A stretch of 53,431 bases of DNA, from the sequence record SRR31156797_3828. The stretch is one strand, 5' to 3'. This document shows positions 20,782 through 31,030 of this stretch, in pieces. Below the pieces are notes generated by a model that worked only from the letters and a program-made list of their open reading frames with translations, had not been told where the DNA came from and ran no database searches. The position numbers and the translations under genes are program-made. Within the stretch, counting starts at the first letter, position 1. Every line of letters starts with the position of its first letter.

Positions 20782-21605
20782 GCTTCCTGCCTCTGTAAAA
20801 CCGGCAATACCTGCTGTTTACTGTCAATGGAGGGCATACAGTTCAATAACCCTCTGGTATACGGATGGGTGGCATTATGCAGCTCGGCAGCATCGCACAC
20901 CTCCATGACCTGCCCTCCATACATAATAATCACCCTGTCACAAAAGGAGGCGACCAGGTGCAGATCATGGCTGATAAAAACAAGCCCCATTCCTTTCTGA
21001 CTTACCAGATCATCCAGAATGGCTAGAAGCTGCAGCTGCACGGTCACATCAAGGGCTGAGGTCGCTTCATCTGCGATCAACAAATCGGGGTTGGTAACAA
21101 GCATCATCGCAATCATAATCCGCTGCCCCATCCCGCCTGACACCTGATGCGGATACTGATGAAACACTCGCTCCGCATCCCGGATCTGCACAGCCCGCAA
21201 CATGGCCAGCGCCTCTTCCCTGGCCTGGGTGCGACTTATCTTGCTGTGAGCGCGGCAGGCCTCTACAATCTGCCTGCCGACTTTCATCACAGGGTTAAGG
21301 GAAAACTTCGGATCCTGCATGACCATGGCAATGCGCCTTCCCCTGACACTTCGCCACGTTGCTGTGTCGGCAGACAGCAAATTAATGCCATCAAAGGTCA
21401 GCTTATCAGCCTCCACTTTTCCTGGAGGTCTGACAAGGCCAAGAATGGCCCTGGCTGTCACCGACTTGCCAGATCCTGATTCCCCCACAATGCCGAGTTT
21501 TTCCCGTCCCATGGTGAAACTAAGCCCGCGTACCGCATCCACCTCACGGTGATGGCTGGTAAAGGTGACATGCAGATTCTCGACAGCAAGCAAAGGTTCC
21601 ATCAT
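20763..21605 (-). CDS. dppD: Dipeptide/oligopeptide ABC transporter ATP-binding subunit
   Basis: GESGSGKS, YPHQVSGGMGQR, HPYTRGLL. Confidence 0.85.
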   Translation of the reverse strand: MMEPLLAVENLHVTFTSHHREVDAVRGLSFTMGREKLGIVGESGSGKSVTARAILGLVRPPGKVEADKLTFDGINLLSADTATWRSVRGRRIAMVMQDPKFSLNPVMKVGRQIVEACRAHSKISRTQAREEALAMLRAVQIRDAERVFHQYPHQVSGGMGQRIMIAMMLVTNPDLLIADEATSALDVTVQLQLLAILDDLVSQKGMGLVFISHDLHLVASFCDRVIIMYGGQVMEVCDAAELHNATHPYTRGLLNCMPSIDSKQQVLPVLQRQEAWFKKT

Positions 21606-22540
21606 TTGCCCCCTGACCGCGGATCAAGGACATCACGAAGGCCGTCACCCAAAAGGTTAAAGCCAAAACTGACAATAAAAATAGCAATACCGGGAAGCGT
21701 CGCCACCCACCATTGGTCAAGTAGAAACTGACGACCACTGGCAATCATTGCTCCCCATTCAGGAAGCGGCGGCTGTGCCCCCAGGCCGAGGAAACCAAGC
21801 CCGGCTGCCGTCAATATAATCCCAGCCATGTCCAGTGTTACCCTGACAATAACCGAAGACAGACATAAAGGGATAATGTGGTGCACTATTAGGCGGATAT
21901 GACCTGCTCCCTGCAGTCGAGCAGCCGCAATAAAATCAGAGTTACGGATAGTAATGGTTTCCGCCCTTGCAATTCTTGCATATGGAGGCCAGGAGGTTAC
22001 AGCTATGGCAATAATAGCATTTTCTATCCCTGGACCAAGTGCCGCCACAAAGGCAAGAGCAAGGATAAGCTTGGGAAAGGCAAGAAAAATATCGGTTATC
22101 CGCATCAGCACACTATCAACCATTCCTCCACTGTAGCCAGCGACCGTACCAACAACCAGTCCAAGGGGAGCGGCAATAATGGCTACAAGCACCACCACAT
22201 ACAGGGTCAATCGGGAGCCGTACAGAATGCGGGACAGGATATCTCGCCCCAATTGATCTGTTCCCAGCCAGTGCTCCATGGACATGGCTTGCAATCGCTG
22301 CCCCAAGTCAGGAACATGAGGGTGATACGGAGCAATAAACGGTGCAAGGATTGCTGTCAGCACCAACAGAGCAATAATGATCAACCCGATTACGGCTAAC
22401 CTATTCTGGGTAAAGCTGAGCCAGGCAATATAACTCCGTCCGGCTCTTGCTTGCAGTCGACTGTGGGGTGTGGTGGTGAGTAACCACTGGCGAAGACCAT
22501 GAACAGAATGCTCGCTTTGCAAATAACCGTTTTTATCCAT
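21602..22540 (-). CDS. dppC: Peptide ABC transporter permease
   Basis: HWLGTDQLGRD, EAA-like loop, LGFLGLG..PP.PEWG. Confidence 0.85.
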   Translation of the reverse strand: MDKNGYLQSEHSVHGLRQWLLTTTPHSRLQARAGRSYIAWLSFTQNRLAVIGLIIIALLVLTAILAPFIAPYHPHVPDLGQRLQAMSMEHWLGTDQLGRDILSRILYGSRLTLYVVVLVAIIAAPLGLVVGTVAGYSGGMVDSVLMRITDIFLAFPKLILALAFVAALGPGIENAIIAIAVTSWPPYARIARAETITIRNSDFIAAARLQGAGHIRLIVHHIIPLCLSSVIVRVTLDMAGIILTAAGLGFLGLGAQPPLPEWGAMIASGRQFLLDQWWVATLPGIAIFIVSFGFNLLGDGLRDVLDPRSGGK

Positions 22541-22542
22541 GG

Positions 22543-23580
22543 CTACATCCTGGCCCGAGGATCAAAGAGTTTGTACAATAAATCAGATAACAAATTGACC
22601 CCTATAAACACACTGCCAACCACAATGGTGGCGCCCAGCACAGCGTTCATATCAGCACTCAGCAAGGACTGGGTAAGGTACATGCCAAGCCCAGGCCAGG
22701 CAAAAACAGTCTCCGTAAGGACCGATCCTTCAAGCAAACTGGCATAACTCAACGCAACAACAGTGATTAAGGGAATCCGCACGTTGCCCAGAGCATGGAT
22801 ACAGATCACCCGCCATTCCGCAACCCCCTTGACCCTGGCAGTGGTAATATATTCCTGTTCCAGTTGATCCAGCATAAAACTGCGGGTCATTCTGCTTATA
22901 TAAGCTGTGGAAAAATAGCCGAGGATAGAGGCAGGTAGCACGAGGTGTGCCAAAGCATTTTTGCATATATCCCACTCTCCTGCCAACAAGGCATCTATGA
23001 CCAGAACACCGGTCACAGGATCAACCATCCCTTCATAAAAGACTTCTATCCGACCAGGTCCAGGCGCAATATCAAGCCTGCCGTAAAAAACAAGCAACCC
23101 GACCAGGCCAAGCCAAAAAACAGGCACAGAATAGCCAAACAGGCTTACCACTCGTAGAATGTGGTCTGGCCACCGTCCCCTGTATACCGCCCCTATCACT
23201 CCACACGGGATTCCGACTAACACACCGATAAAGGTGGCAACTGTAGCAAGTTCCAGCGTAGCAGGGAAAACCCGTTGGATATCCTTGAGCACAGGGTTGG
23301 CCGTGAGTACGGACATGCCAAAATCGCCATGGAGCACCTTGAGCAGATATATCCAGAACTGCTGATATAGCGGAAGATGGAGCCCCAACTCAATCCGCAT
23401 CCGTTCGTATACTTCCGGAGTTGCTCTGTCACCGACAGCTGCCAAGACAGGATCTATAGGGACAACCCGGCCTATGAAAAAGGTAATGAAGAGCAGGCCG
23501 AAAAAAGTAAGGGCCACAGAAAAAAGAATGGCCGGAATCTTCAAACCGATTCCAGCCATTACTGATTGGGTTGTTTTCAA
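22543..23580 (-). CDS. dppB: Peptide ABC transporter permease
   Basis: FPATLELA, EYITTARVKG, ETVFAWPGLG; start codon uncertain (TTG). Confidence 0.85.
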   Translation of the reverse strand: MKTTQSVMAGIGLKIPAILFSVALTFFGLLFITFFIGRVVPIDPVLAAVGDRATPEVYERMRIELGLHLPLYQQFWIYLLKVLHGDFGMSVLTANPVLKDIQRVFPATLELATVATFIGVLVGIPCGVIGAVYRGRWPDHILRVVSLFGYSVPVFWLGLVGLLVFYGRLDIAPGPGRIEVFYEGMVDPVTGVLVIDALLAGEWDICKNALAHLVLPASILGYFSTAYISRMTRSFMLDQLEQEYITTARVKGVAEWRVICIHALGNVRIPLITVVALSYASLLEGSVLTETVFAWPGLGMYLTQSLLSADMNAVLGATIVVGSVFIGVNLLSDLLYKLFDPRARM

Positions 23581-23597
23581 GCAGCGTTCCCTGGAAA

Positions 23598-25178
23598 CTA
23601 TTTGGTAACGTTGTAGTAAAAGTTGGAGTCAAAACTCGGTCCCAAAATAAACCCTTTGACATCCGTCCTTTCCGCAGCCACCTCAATCTCCTGAAACATG
23701 ATCACAAAGGGTGAAACCTGCTGATGCTCTTTTTGTATGGCCACATACATTGCCGCACGTTTTTCCGGATCACGTTCAGTGACAGCCCCCTCGGTTGCCT
23801 TTGACATTTCAGGAATACCCCAGGCATTTCTCCAGGCTAGCGGCTTGGATTTAGCCTCATCGGAATTGTCTATATTCCAGGCAAAGGTGGAAGCATTGGT
23901 ATGCGGATCCTGATAATCTGGTCCCCACTTACCAATGTAGATGTCATGGTTACGGGCACGGTACTTTGTCAGAGCCTGCTTACCATCCATGGGTAGAATT
24001 TCTACCTTCACCCCGGCTTTCGCAAATGTTGCCTGGATGGCCTGGGCCATATCCATGGTTGGGGAGGTGTTGCGCGTTGCCATGGTCACAGTCAGTCCAT
24101 CGCCATAACCCGCTTCAGAGAGCAGTTGTTTTGCCTTTTCAACATCGAGGGTATAAGGTTTCTCTTCCAAAGCGCCCAGAAAGCCCATGGGCAAAAACGC
24201 CTGATGGACGATCATGGTTCCCCGAAGGAGAGTGTCTGCCATCTGCTGGTAATCAACCAGGTATTTCAGTGCCTCACGGACCTTAGGGTTACTCAAGGCT
24301 TCGTTTTTCTGGTTCAGCCCCAAGTACCAAATACCACCTTTAGGTTTTGGATGGAGTTTCACATCAGGATTATCTTTTAAGGAGTCTAGTTGGTCAGATC
24401 CCAGGTCGCGGGCAATATCCACATCCCCTTTTTCCAATAAAAGCTGCTGGGTTGCTGCTTCAGAGACTTGGCGCATAATTACCCGCCGCATGGCAGGTAC
24501 CCCGTCCCAATATTTTTGATTGGCATCCAGCATAAGCAATTCAGCTGGTTTCCAGGTCTTCAAGGTAAAAGAACCGGAACCGGCATAATTGGTTTTCAGC
24601 CAGTTATATCCTAGGTCTCCATCCTGCTCATGGCTCAAGACCATTTTTTTATCCACCACAGAAGCAGGGGTAGCGGTTAGGCAGTAAAGAACAAAGGTGG
24701 GTGCATAGGGTTTGTCAGTGGTAAACACCAAGGTATCGGCATCAACAGCTTTGATTTTTTCTTTTACATTTTCTGGAGTAAAACCGAACTGACTGATGAT
24801 AAAGGCTGGAGATTTATCCAGCAAAATGACCCGCTGTAACGAAAAAGCAACATCTTCAGCGGTCAAAGGGTTACCAGAAGCGAAGGTAACTCCTTTACGG
24901 ATTTTAAAAGTAAAGGTCATGCCGTCTTCAGAAACCTTCCAACTTTCTGCCAGGATACCAAAAATTTTGGCAACATTTTCTACATCATATCCTATCAGAC
25001 GATCATACGTATTGGCAGCATACTCTGCACCAGAGAACTCAAAAATTTCTGCGGGATCAAGAGATACCATATCATCGATCTGTGCAGCCATAACCAGAAT
25101 TTTTTTGGGCGTTTTCGCCAGTACAGGATTACAAAACAAAAAAATGAAAATCAGCACTAACAAAAAACATCGTTTCAT
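23598..25178 (-). CDS. dppA: Peptide ABC transporter substrate-binding protein (family 5)
   Basis: Signal peptide; LAESWKVS.DG..FTFKIRKGV.F.SGNPLTAEDV.FS signature. Substrate not determinable. Confidence 0.85.
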   Translation of the reverse strand: MKRCFLLVLIFIFLFCNPVLAKTPKKILVMAAQIDDMVSLDPAEIFEFSGAEYAANTYDRLIGYDVENVAKIFGILAESWKVSEDGMTFTFKIRKGVTFASGNPLTAEDVAFSLQRVILLDKSPAFIISQFGFTPENVKEKIKAVDADTLVFTTDKPYAPTFVLYCLTATPASVVDKKMVLSHEQDGDLGYNWLKTNYAGSGSFTLKTWKPAELLMLDANQKYWDGVPAMRRVIMRQVSEAATQQLLLEKGDVDIARDLGSDQLDSLKDNPDVKLHPKPKGGIWYLGLNQKNEALSNPKVREALKYLVDYQQMADTLLRGTMIVHQAFLPMGFLGALEEKPYTLDVEKAKQLLSEAGYGDGLTVTMATRNTSPTMDMAQAIQATFAKAGVKVEILPMDGKQALTKYRARNHDIYIGKWGPDYQDPHTNASTFAWNIDNSDEAKSKPLAWRNAWGIPEMSKATEGAVTERDPEKRAAMYVAIQKEHQQVSPFVIMFQEIEVAAERTDVKGFILGPSFDSNFYYNVTK

Positions 25179-25280
25179 ACTCTCCTCCCTCCTTAAATTA
25201 TGCCAGCTTCATTTACTGCTACTGGACCAAATGATCGACAATTTTCCTTTAAGTGACAGACTATCATCTCCACTATAGGC

Positions 25281-26621
25281 TCATTTTTTCTTTCTTCCGC
25301 TTCGTTCCTTAAAAAACAGACGGACCGGCACCCGATCAAGCCCTAGCCCTTCCCGAAACCGATTAGCAAGATAACGCTGGTAAGAAAAATGAATACCTTT
25401 GGGCGCACTTGCAACAACAGCAAAGGTCGGCGGCGCTGTACCTAACTGTGCGGTATAAAACAGCTTAAGTCTTCTCCCTTTGTACATGGGAGGTTCATGA
25501 TGTGATACGGCTGCTTCAAGCAACCGATTGAGACTGCTGGTAGGAAATCGCATATGATATTGACGATGCATTTTGCCAATCTCAGGAAAAATCCTTTTAA
25601 TACCGTAACCGGTCAGCGCAGACACCTTAAAAACAGGGGCAAAAGGAATATAATTGGTTGCCATCTCCACTTCATTAAGAAGCCATTCCTGCCGTTTTTT
25701 ATCGCCTTCAATCAGGTCCCATTTATTGAGCAGAATAATCACGGCCTTTCCGTGCTCCTGGGTATACCCAATCACCTTGGTATCCTGTTCAGTGAGCCCT
25801 TCCTCAGCATCAATAATGACCACCGCTATATCGCAACGAGCTAGAGACTTCAGTGCCTTGAGGATGGAAAATTTTTCGAGCTTATCCGTGGTTTTCCCCT
25901 TCCTTCTGATTCCAGCCGTATCAATAAGCAGGTAATTATATTTATCGCGACTCACCAGCGTATCCACGGCATCACGGGTGGTGCCCGATATCTCAGAAAC
26001 CACCATTCTGTCTTGGCCAAGAATGGCGTTAACCATGGAAGATTTACCAACATTTGGGCGGCCAAAAAAAGCCAACCGAACGGTATCTTCAGGCAACTGA
26101 ACGACTTCACCGGTGGGCTCCATATCCTCTACCAGAGCGTTCATCAGGGTCTTGAATCCATAACCGTGATCACCAGACAATGCCCAGAGCTGCTCTACTC
26201 CCAGTTCCCAGAAAGGGGCAAGCAGTTCATATTCGATATCAGGGCTGTCGATCTTATTGACGACATAATAGACTTCCTTATCAACCCGACGCAACATATC
26301 GACAATTTCGATGTCAGCTGGATTGAGTCCCTGCCGACCGTCCATGAGAAACAAGATAATATCCGCCTCTTCAATGGCAAGCATGGCCTGGTGGCGAATA
26401 TGATTTGTAATGGTATCGTCCTCGTCATCTATCCCCCCGGTATCGACCAGGGTAAAGGGATGTTCTTCCCAGGTAACATGTGCATAGTGACGATCCCTGG
26501 TTACACCTGGAGTGGGATCAACTAGCGCGTCACGCCTTTTTGAAATCCGGTTAAACAAGGTTGATTTACCGACATTGGGGCGACCGATCAAAGCGATCAG
26601 TGCATGTGAAACAGTTGTCAT
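25281..26621 (-). CDS. der: Ribosome biogenesis GTPase Der (EngA)
   Basis: Two GRPNVGKS G-domains, DTGG/DTAG, C-terminal KH-like domain. Confidence 0.97.
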   Translation of the reverse strand: MTTVSHALIALIGRPNVGKSTLFNRISKRRDALVDPTPGVTRDRHYAHVTWEEHPFTLVDTGGIDDEDDTITNHIRHQAMLAIEEADIILFLMDGRQGLNPADIEIVDMLRRVDKEVYYVVNKIDSPDIEYELLAPFWELGVEQLWALSGDHGYGFKTLMNALVEDMEPTGEVVQLPEDTVRLAFFGRPNVGKSSMVNAILGQDRMVVSEISGTTRDAVDTLVSRDKYNYLLIDTAGIRRKGKTTDKLEKFSILKALKSLARCDIAVVIIDAEEGLTEQDTKVIGYTQEHGKAVIILLNKWDLIEGDKKRQEWLLNEVEMATNYIPFAPVFKVSALTGYGIKRIFPEIGKMHRQYHMRFPTSSLNRLLEAAVSHHEPPMYKGRRLKLFYTAQLGTAPPTFAVVASAPKGIHFSYQRYLANRFREGLGLDRVPVRLFFKERSGRKKK

Positions 26622-27664
26622 ATTTTCTTATCTAGTTGGGTGCGGCATTGCAGGGTGAGGGTATAAAGAGCAACATACTCAGCAGCTGCAGGTTTTTCAA
26701 GCAATGCAATGAGTGAGGTAAGTGCCGGGGCTAAAAACTGCTGAAAAAAAGTTTTTTGCCGAACCTTGGTTAAAAAGGCGAAAGCACCGAGGATCTGCAG
26801 ATTTCTCTGGAGCGAGAGCTGCAGGAGTTCACGATAAAATTGTTGGTGATTATAACTATACAGCGTATCAAGCTCTTCGAGATAGGTGAGGGTCAAATGG
26901 TCACAGACCTTATTGTCAAGCCGAGCATAGGGATCAAGCAGCAGTGAAGCTAGGTCATAGGCCAAAGGCCCCAGACGTCCACCTTGATAATCGATAATCC
27001 GGACATTACCGGCTGCAACCATAATATTTCTGCATTGAAAATCACGGTGCAGAAAAAAATCTGCCGGTGCTGCTGCCGCAGCCTGAGCAAGACGTATACA
27101 GTCATCCGCCACAGCCTCATCATCAAACGACAGCTCAAGGAAATCCCTGCAAAAGGCTTGGAGAAAATAACCTGATTCCTTTTCAAGCATCACCGACATA
27201 TCATAGACAGGCGTATCCCAGCACCACGCAGGGTCAAAAGAGAAGGCTCCGCGCACCTGCATATGCGCCAAGCTACGGACAGCCTGCTCATAAAGATGTA
27301 ATAACCGGGGTGTCATTCCCTGTTCGTTTTCCAGGATATCGTGGAGACGACTGTTGCCTAGATCTTCGCAGACAACCATACTGTTTGACTCTGCAAAACC
27401 ATAGACAAAAGGCACCGGTACACCTTGGCTATGGAGGTGACGACCAATGTTGAAAAAAGCACGGGATTCAGCAATGCCGTCCCCATCACCTTCTGGGGGC
27501 AAGACACAGACAACCTGCTTACCTTTCTGCTTTAAGCGTAAAAAGACCCTGGCCGACCCATCCGGTACAAGCTGCTCCACCTGCAACTGTTCAGAAGAAA
27601 GGGGAATATTATTGCACTGTAACAAATCAGTTGCTTCTGTGACGATTAATTGATACCTACTCAT
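26618..27664 (-). CDS. amgK: Anomeric MurNAc/GlcNAc kinase-like phosphotransferase (APH family)
   Basis: DGS.R.F.R, EDLG, HRDFQCRNIM, IDYQGG, YDLASLL; adjacent to a nucleotidyltransferase. Confidence 0.75.
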   Translation of the reverse strand: MSRYQLIVTEATDLLQCNNIPLSSEQLQVEQLVPDGSARVFLRLKQKGKQVVCVLPPEGDGDGIAESRAFFNIGRHLHSQGVPVPFVYGFAESNSMVVCEDLGNSRLHDILENEQGMTPRLLHLYEQAVRSLAHMQVRGAFSFDPAWCWDTPVYDMSVMLEKESGYFLQAFCRDFLELSFDDEAVADDCIRLAQAAAAAPADFFLHRDFQCRNIMVAAGNVRIIDYQGGRLGPLAYDLASLLLDPYARLDNKVCDHLTLTYLEELDTLYSYNHQQFYRELLQLSLQRNLQILGAFAFLTKVRQKTFFQQFLAPALTSLIALLEKPAAAEYVALYTLTLQCRTQLDKKI

Positions 27665-28530
27665 TTTTTTCCACCATCCATAACAATCTGGTCCTCGACC
27701 ACACTACCCGGGGCTACTACAGCATTATCCCATAACACAGACCGAGCCAGGCAAACTCCGCTGCCGATAACACATCCTTCACCAATTGTTCCCCAACCTT
27801 TAAGTACCACATCCGTGGCAACTTGGGCACTGTCAGCGACATGCCATCTATGTTTGCCCTCTGCATCAGTAAGCAGCTCCCTATGCAGGTCGAGATAATC
27901 TGCAGGGGTACCGATATCACGCCAAAAACAATTATCAGCGTTGAAAGCACCGACCTGCTCCTTACAGGCTAATTTTTGATAAAGATCAATTATATGAAAA
28001 AAAACTGAGGAAGGGATTAATTTCAGCACCTCCGAGTCAACCACATGAATACCGGTAAAGGCCTGCATCACCACTTGGCTGTTCTTCTCAAAGGAACATA
28101 CCCGGTCACCGGAAACCGTCACGGTATTAAATCGGGAAAAATCATGCATTGCCAGAGTCACCTTGTATTGGTTTCGCTGATGACAGTTGTATAAGGCGGC
28201 AAGGTCTATATCGTGATAGATATCACCATTCATGACCAAAACCGGCTCATTCGAAAAATGTGGCAATGCTTTGCGTAAACTCCCACCGGTGCCAAGTATC
28301 TCAAGCTCATGCTGCACATGTATGTCAGGGTCTGCGACAAGTTCGCTTTTTATCTGCTCCGCAAGATGATGGCAGTTGACTACGATTTGGGTGCAACCTG
28401 CTTCTCGCAATTTTAGCAGCAAAATCCTCAACAACGGTCTGTTCATAACAGGAAACAGGGGCTTAGGTCTGTGTTCGGTATAGGGTCTAAGGCGAGTACC
28501 AAAACCTGCTGCCAGTAATATTGCCTGCAT
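27661..28530 (-). CDS. murU: Sugar-phosphate nucleotidyltransferase, MurU-like, with short hexapeptide tail
   Basis: LAAGFGTRLRPYT..PKPL, LGTGG, NGDI, W.DIGTP; paired with the amgK-like gene. Confidence 0.7.
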   Translation of the reverse strand: MQAILLAAGFGTRLRPYTEHRPKPLFPVMNRPLLRILLLKLREAGCTQIVVNCHHLAEQIKSELVADPDIHVQHELEILGTGGSLRKALPHFSNEPVLVMNGDIYHDIDLAALYNCHQRNQYKVTLAMHDFSRFNTVTVSGDRVCSFEKNSQVVMQAFTGIHVVDSEVLKLIPSSVFFHIIDLYQKLACKEQVGAFNADNCFWRDIGTPADYLDLHRELLTDAEGKHRWHVADSAQVATDVVLKGWGTIGEGCVIGSGVCLARSVLWDNAVVAPGSVVEDQIVMDGGKK

Positions 28531-28626
28531 AAATTTAAAAACACCTTGAACAGGTTACAAAATTGCTCAGAAAATTAATTTTCTCGTTTAAACCAGAATG
28601 GTCTTGAGATACCATGAGGATTGATC

Positions 28627-28655
28627 TTGACTTGTTGTTCTAACAGCTCTAAGTT
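28627..28655 (+). promoter_or_regulatory. Sigma70-type promoter of hisHF
   Basis: TTGACT-N17-TAAGTT. Confidence 0.45.
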
Positions 28656-28707
28656 CACCCCTTTGTACAGTTTCCTTACTCTCCTTGCAACAATTCGAAA
28701 TAAAATA

Positions 28708-30288
28708 ATGATTACTTTACTTGATTATGGTGCTGGCAATGTCCGTTCGGTTGTCAATGCTATTGAAAAGCTCGGCGAAACCGTCATCCCAGTTGACAAT
28801 GCAGACGGGATTGAGAATGCAGAGCGTCTCGTTTTCCCAGGTGTCGGAAATTTTGGCGCCATGATGCAAATTTTAAAACAAAAGCAATTGGTTGAGCCGC
28901 TGCTGCGTTACCTGCAGTCCGGCAAACCTTTTTTTGGTATCTGCGTAGCCCTCCAGGCTCTGTACGAGTCCAGCGAAGAGGCACCGGATCAGCCAGGCCT
29001 TGGCCTTTTGCCAGGCACCGTTAAAAAATTCGACGTCGATTTGGCAGTCCCGCACATCGGCTGGAACGGGGTCACGATACATCAATCGTCTCCTCTTTTT
29101 GCAGACCTGAAGGGAAACGAAAAGTTTTATTTTGTTCACTCCTATCATATATCTCCGGAATCAAACGACTATACCCTGACAACAACGGACTATGGGTATC
29201 AGTTTGTCAGTGCCATCCAAAAAGACAACATCGTGGCCACCCAATTCCACCCAGAAAAGAGCGGTAAAGCGGGTTTGCAACTGCTGGAAAACTTTCTGGC
29301 CGGAAACAAAGAATCCATCGTTCCTGCACACTGCCCTCAAACCACCATGCTTGCCAAACGAATCATTGCCTGCCTGGATGTTCGCTCCAATGACCACGGC
29401 GACTTGGTGGTGACGAAAGGGGATCAGTATGATGTCCGTGAAAAAGGCGATGTCCGCAACCTGGGGAAACCGGTTGAGCTTGCACAGGAATATTATGAAC
29501 AAGGTGCAGATGAGGTCACCTTTCTCAACATCACAGGGTTCAGGGATTTCCCTTTAGAAGATATGCCCATGATCGAAGTCCTGGAGCAGACGTCTAAGAG
29601 CGTTTTTGTCCCGCTGACAATAGGCGGTGGTATTCGTGATTTCACCGACTGCAACGGACGCAGTTACTCAGCACTGGAAGTTGCTTCCGCCTATTTCCGA
29701 TCAGGTGCTGATAAAATTTCCATTGGTTCGGACGCGGTTTTAATCGTTGAAGATGTGCTTGCCCAGGGTAAAGCCAGCGGACTCAGTTCCATAGAACAGA
29801 TTGCCCGGGTGTACGGCAACCAGGCGGTGGTTATTTCAATCGATCCCCGAAGAGTATATGTGAAGAGTCCGGATGACGCCCCGAATCACCATGTTATCAA
29901 AACCATCCGTCCCGGTCCCAACAAGGAGCAGTATTGCTGGTATCAATGTACCATCAAAGGCGGCAGGGAAGGACGCGATCTGGATGCTGTCACCCTGGCA
30001 ACGGTATGCGAGCAGCTGGGTGCAGGTGAAATCTTGCTCAACTGCATCGATCGCGACGGTACAAATGCCGGCTTTGACATCGAACTGATCAAAGCTGTTC
30101 GCAATGCTGTTACTATTCCTGTTATTGCCTCCAGCGGGGCTGGCTGTAGTGAACACTTCTATGAGGTCTTCACAGAAACAGGAGCTGAAGCAGCCTTGGC
30201 CGCCGGTATCTTCCATCGTAAAGAGGTCCCCATCGGACTGGTTAAAGCATATCTTGACCAGCGTGTGGAAATTCGTCCCTCATACTAG
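28708..30288 (+). CDS. hisHF: Bifunctional imidazole glycerol phosphate synthase (HisH-HisF fusion)
   Basis: [36 protein letters not shown], then RIIACLDVR...[12 protein letters not shown] and ALAAGIFH in one frame. Confidence 0.95.
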   Translation: MITLLDYGAGNVRSVVNAIEKLGETVIPVDNADGIENAERLVFPGVGNFGAMMQILKQKQLVEPLLRYLQSGKPFFGICVALQALYESSEEAPDQPGLGLLPGTVKKFDVDLAVPHIGWNGVTIHQSSPLFADLKGNEKFYFVHSYHISPESNDYTLTTTDYGYQFVSAIQKDNIVATQFHPEKSGKAGLQLLENFLAGNKESIVPAHCPQTTMLAKRIIACLDVRSNDHGDLVVTKGDQYDVREKGDVRNLGKPVELAQEYYEQGADEVTFLNITGFRDFPLEDMPMIEVLEQTSKSVFVPLTIGGGIRDFTDCNGRSYSALEVASAYFRSGADKISIGSDAVLIVEDVLAQGKASGLSSIEQIARVYGNQAVVISIDPRRVYVKSPDDAPNHHVIKTIRPGPNKEQYCWYQCTIKGGREGRDLDAVTLATVCEQLGAGEILLNCIDRDGTNAGFDIELIKAVRNAVTIPVIASSGAGCSEHFYEVFTETGAEAALAAGIFHRKEVPIGLVKAYLDQRVEIRPSY

Positions 30289-30303
30289 CTTGCCCATTTC
30301 CGC

Positions 30304-30339
30304 AAAGGGCCGCCTCTAATCGACCGGCCCTTTCCCTTT
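30304..30339 (+). terminator. Rho-independent terminator after hisHF
   Basis: AAAGGGCCG...CGGCCCTTT stem followed by a pyrimidine run. Confidence 0.6.
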
Positions 30340-30359
30340 CTAAAATTTACTCTCCTCCA

Positions 30360-30388
30360 TTTACTTCACTATTCTCGCGTTATATAAT
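30360..30388 (+). promoter_or_regulatory. Sigma70-type promoter of the usp-kinase pair
   Basis: TTTACT-N17-TATAAT. Confidence 0.5.
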
Positions 30389-30577
30389 CTAAGTAATACA
30401 AGTAAGAAAAGGGAAAACCTTTTCCCTGCCTGATTACAAATTTTGCAGCCCTTACGCTGTACGACCATTAAAGGCTTAAAACAGCTCATCCATGGTCGAT
30501 TACCAGTGCAGGTACTTTGACCTCAGAAGAGCGTAAGTCAGTTACCATCCGTATCAGATGCTTTTAGCGAGGTGTTT

Positions 30578-31030
30578 ATGGACTGGAAACGAATTATCAT
30601 TGCGATTGACAACTCCCAAATGTCTGTTAATGCAGTCAATTACGTTGGCAGCATCACCGGCAAACTCACCGGAGTGCAGCTTTGCCTCCTCCACATCTAC
30701 CCTGCCCCACCGCCTGACTACTACAGGGACGGCGCCACTCTCGACCAATACCAACAAACCCAGCAGAAACAGGCAACATTTTTCCTTTGCAAAGCAAAAC
30801 AACACCTTAAAGACGGCGGTGTTCCAGAAGAATCCATCGCAACCCGCTGCCTGATGGCCGACAACACTACTATCAGCGAAGCAATTCTCACCCTCCAGAA
30901 AGAAGAAAATTACGGCACCATCGTGGTGGGAAAAAGGGGAATTTCAAAATCTGAAGAATTTCTCTTCGGATCAATCTCCAGTGCCCTTATCCATAACGGA
31001 AAAGACATTGCAGTATGGGTGGTGGGCTGA
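30578..31030 (+). CDS. Universal stress protein (UspA family)
   Basis: IIIAIDNS..S..AV, IVVGKRG.S....FGSISS; GAGG RBS before ATG 30578. Confidence 0.9.
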   Translation: MDWKRIIIAIDNSQMSVNAVNYVGSITGKLTGVQLCLLHIYPAPPPDYYRDGATLDQYQQTQQKQATFFLCKAKQHLKDGGVPEESIATRCLMADNTTISEAILTLQKEENYGTIVVGKRGISKSEEFLFGSISSALIHNGKDIAVWVVG

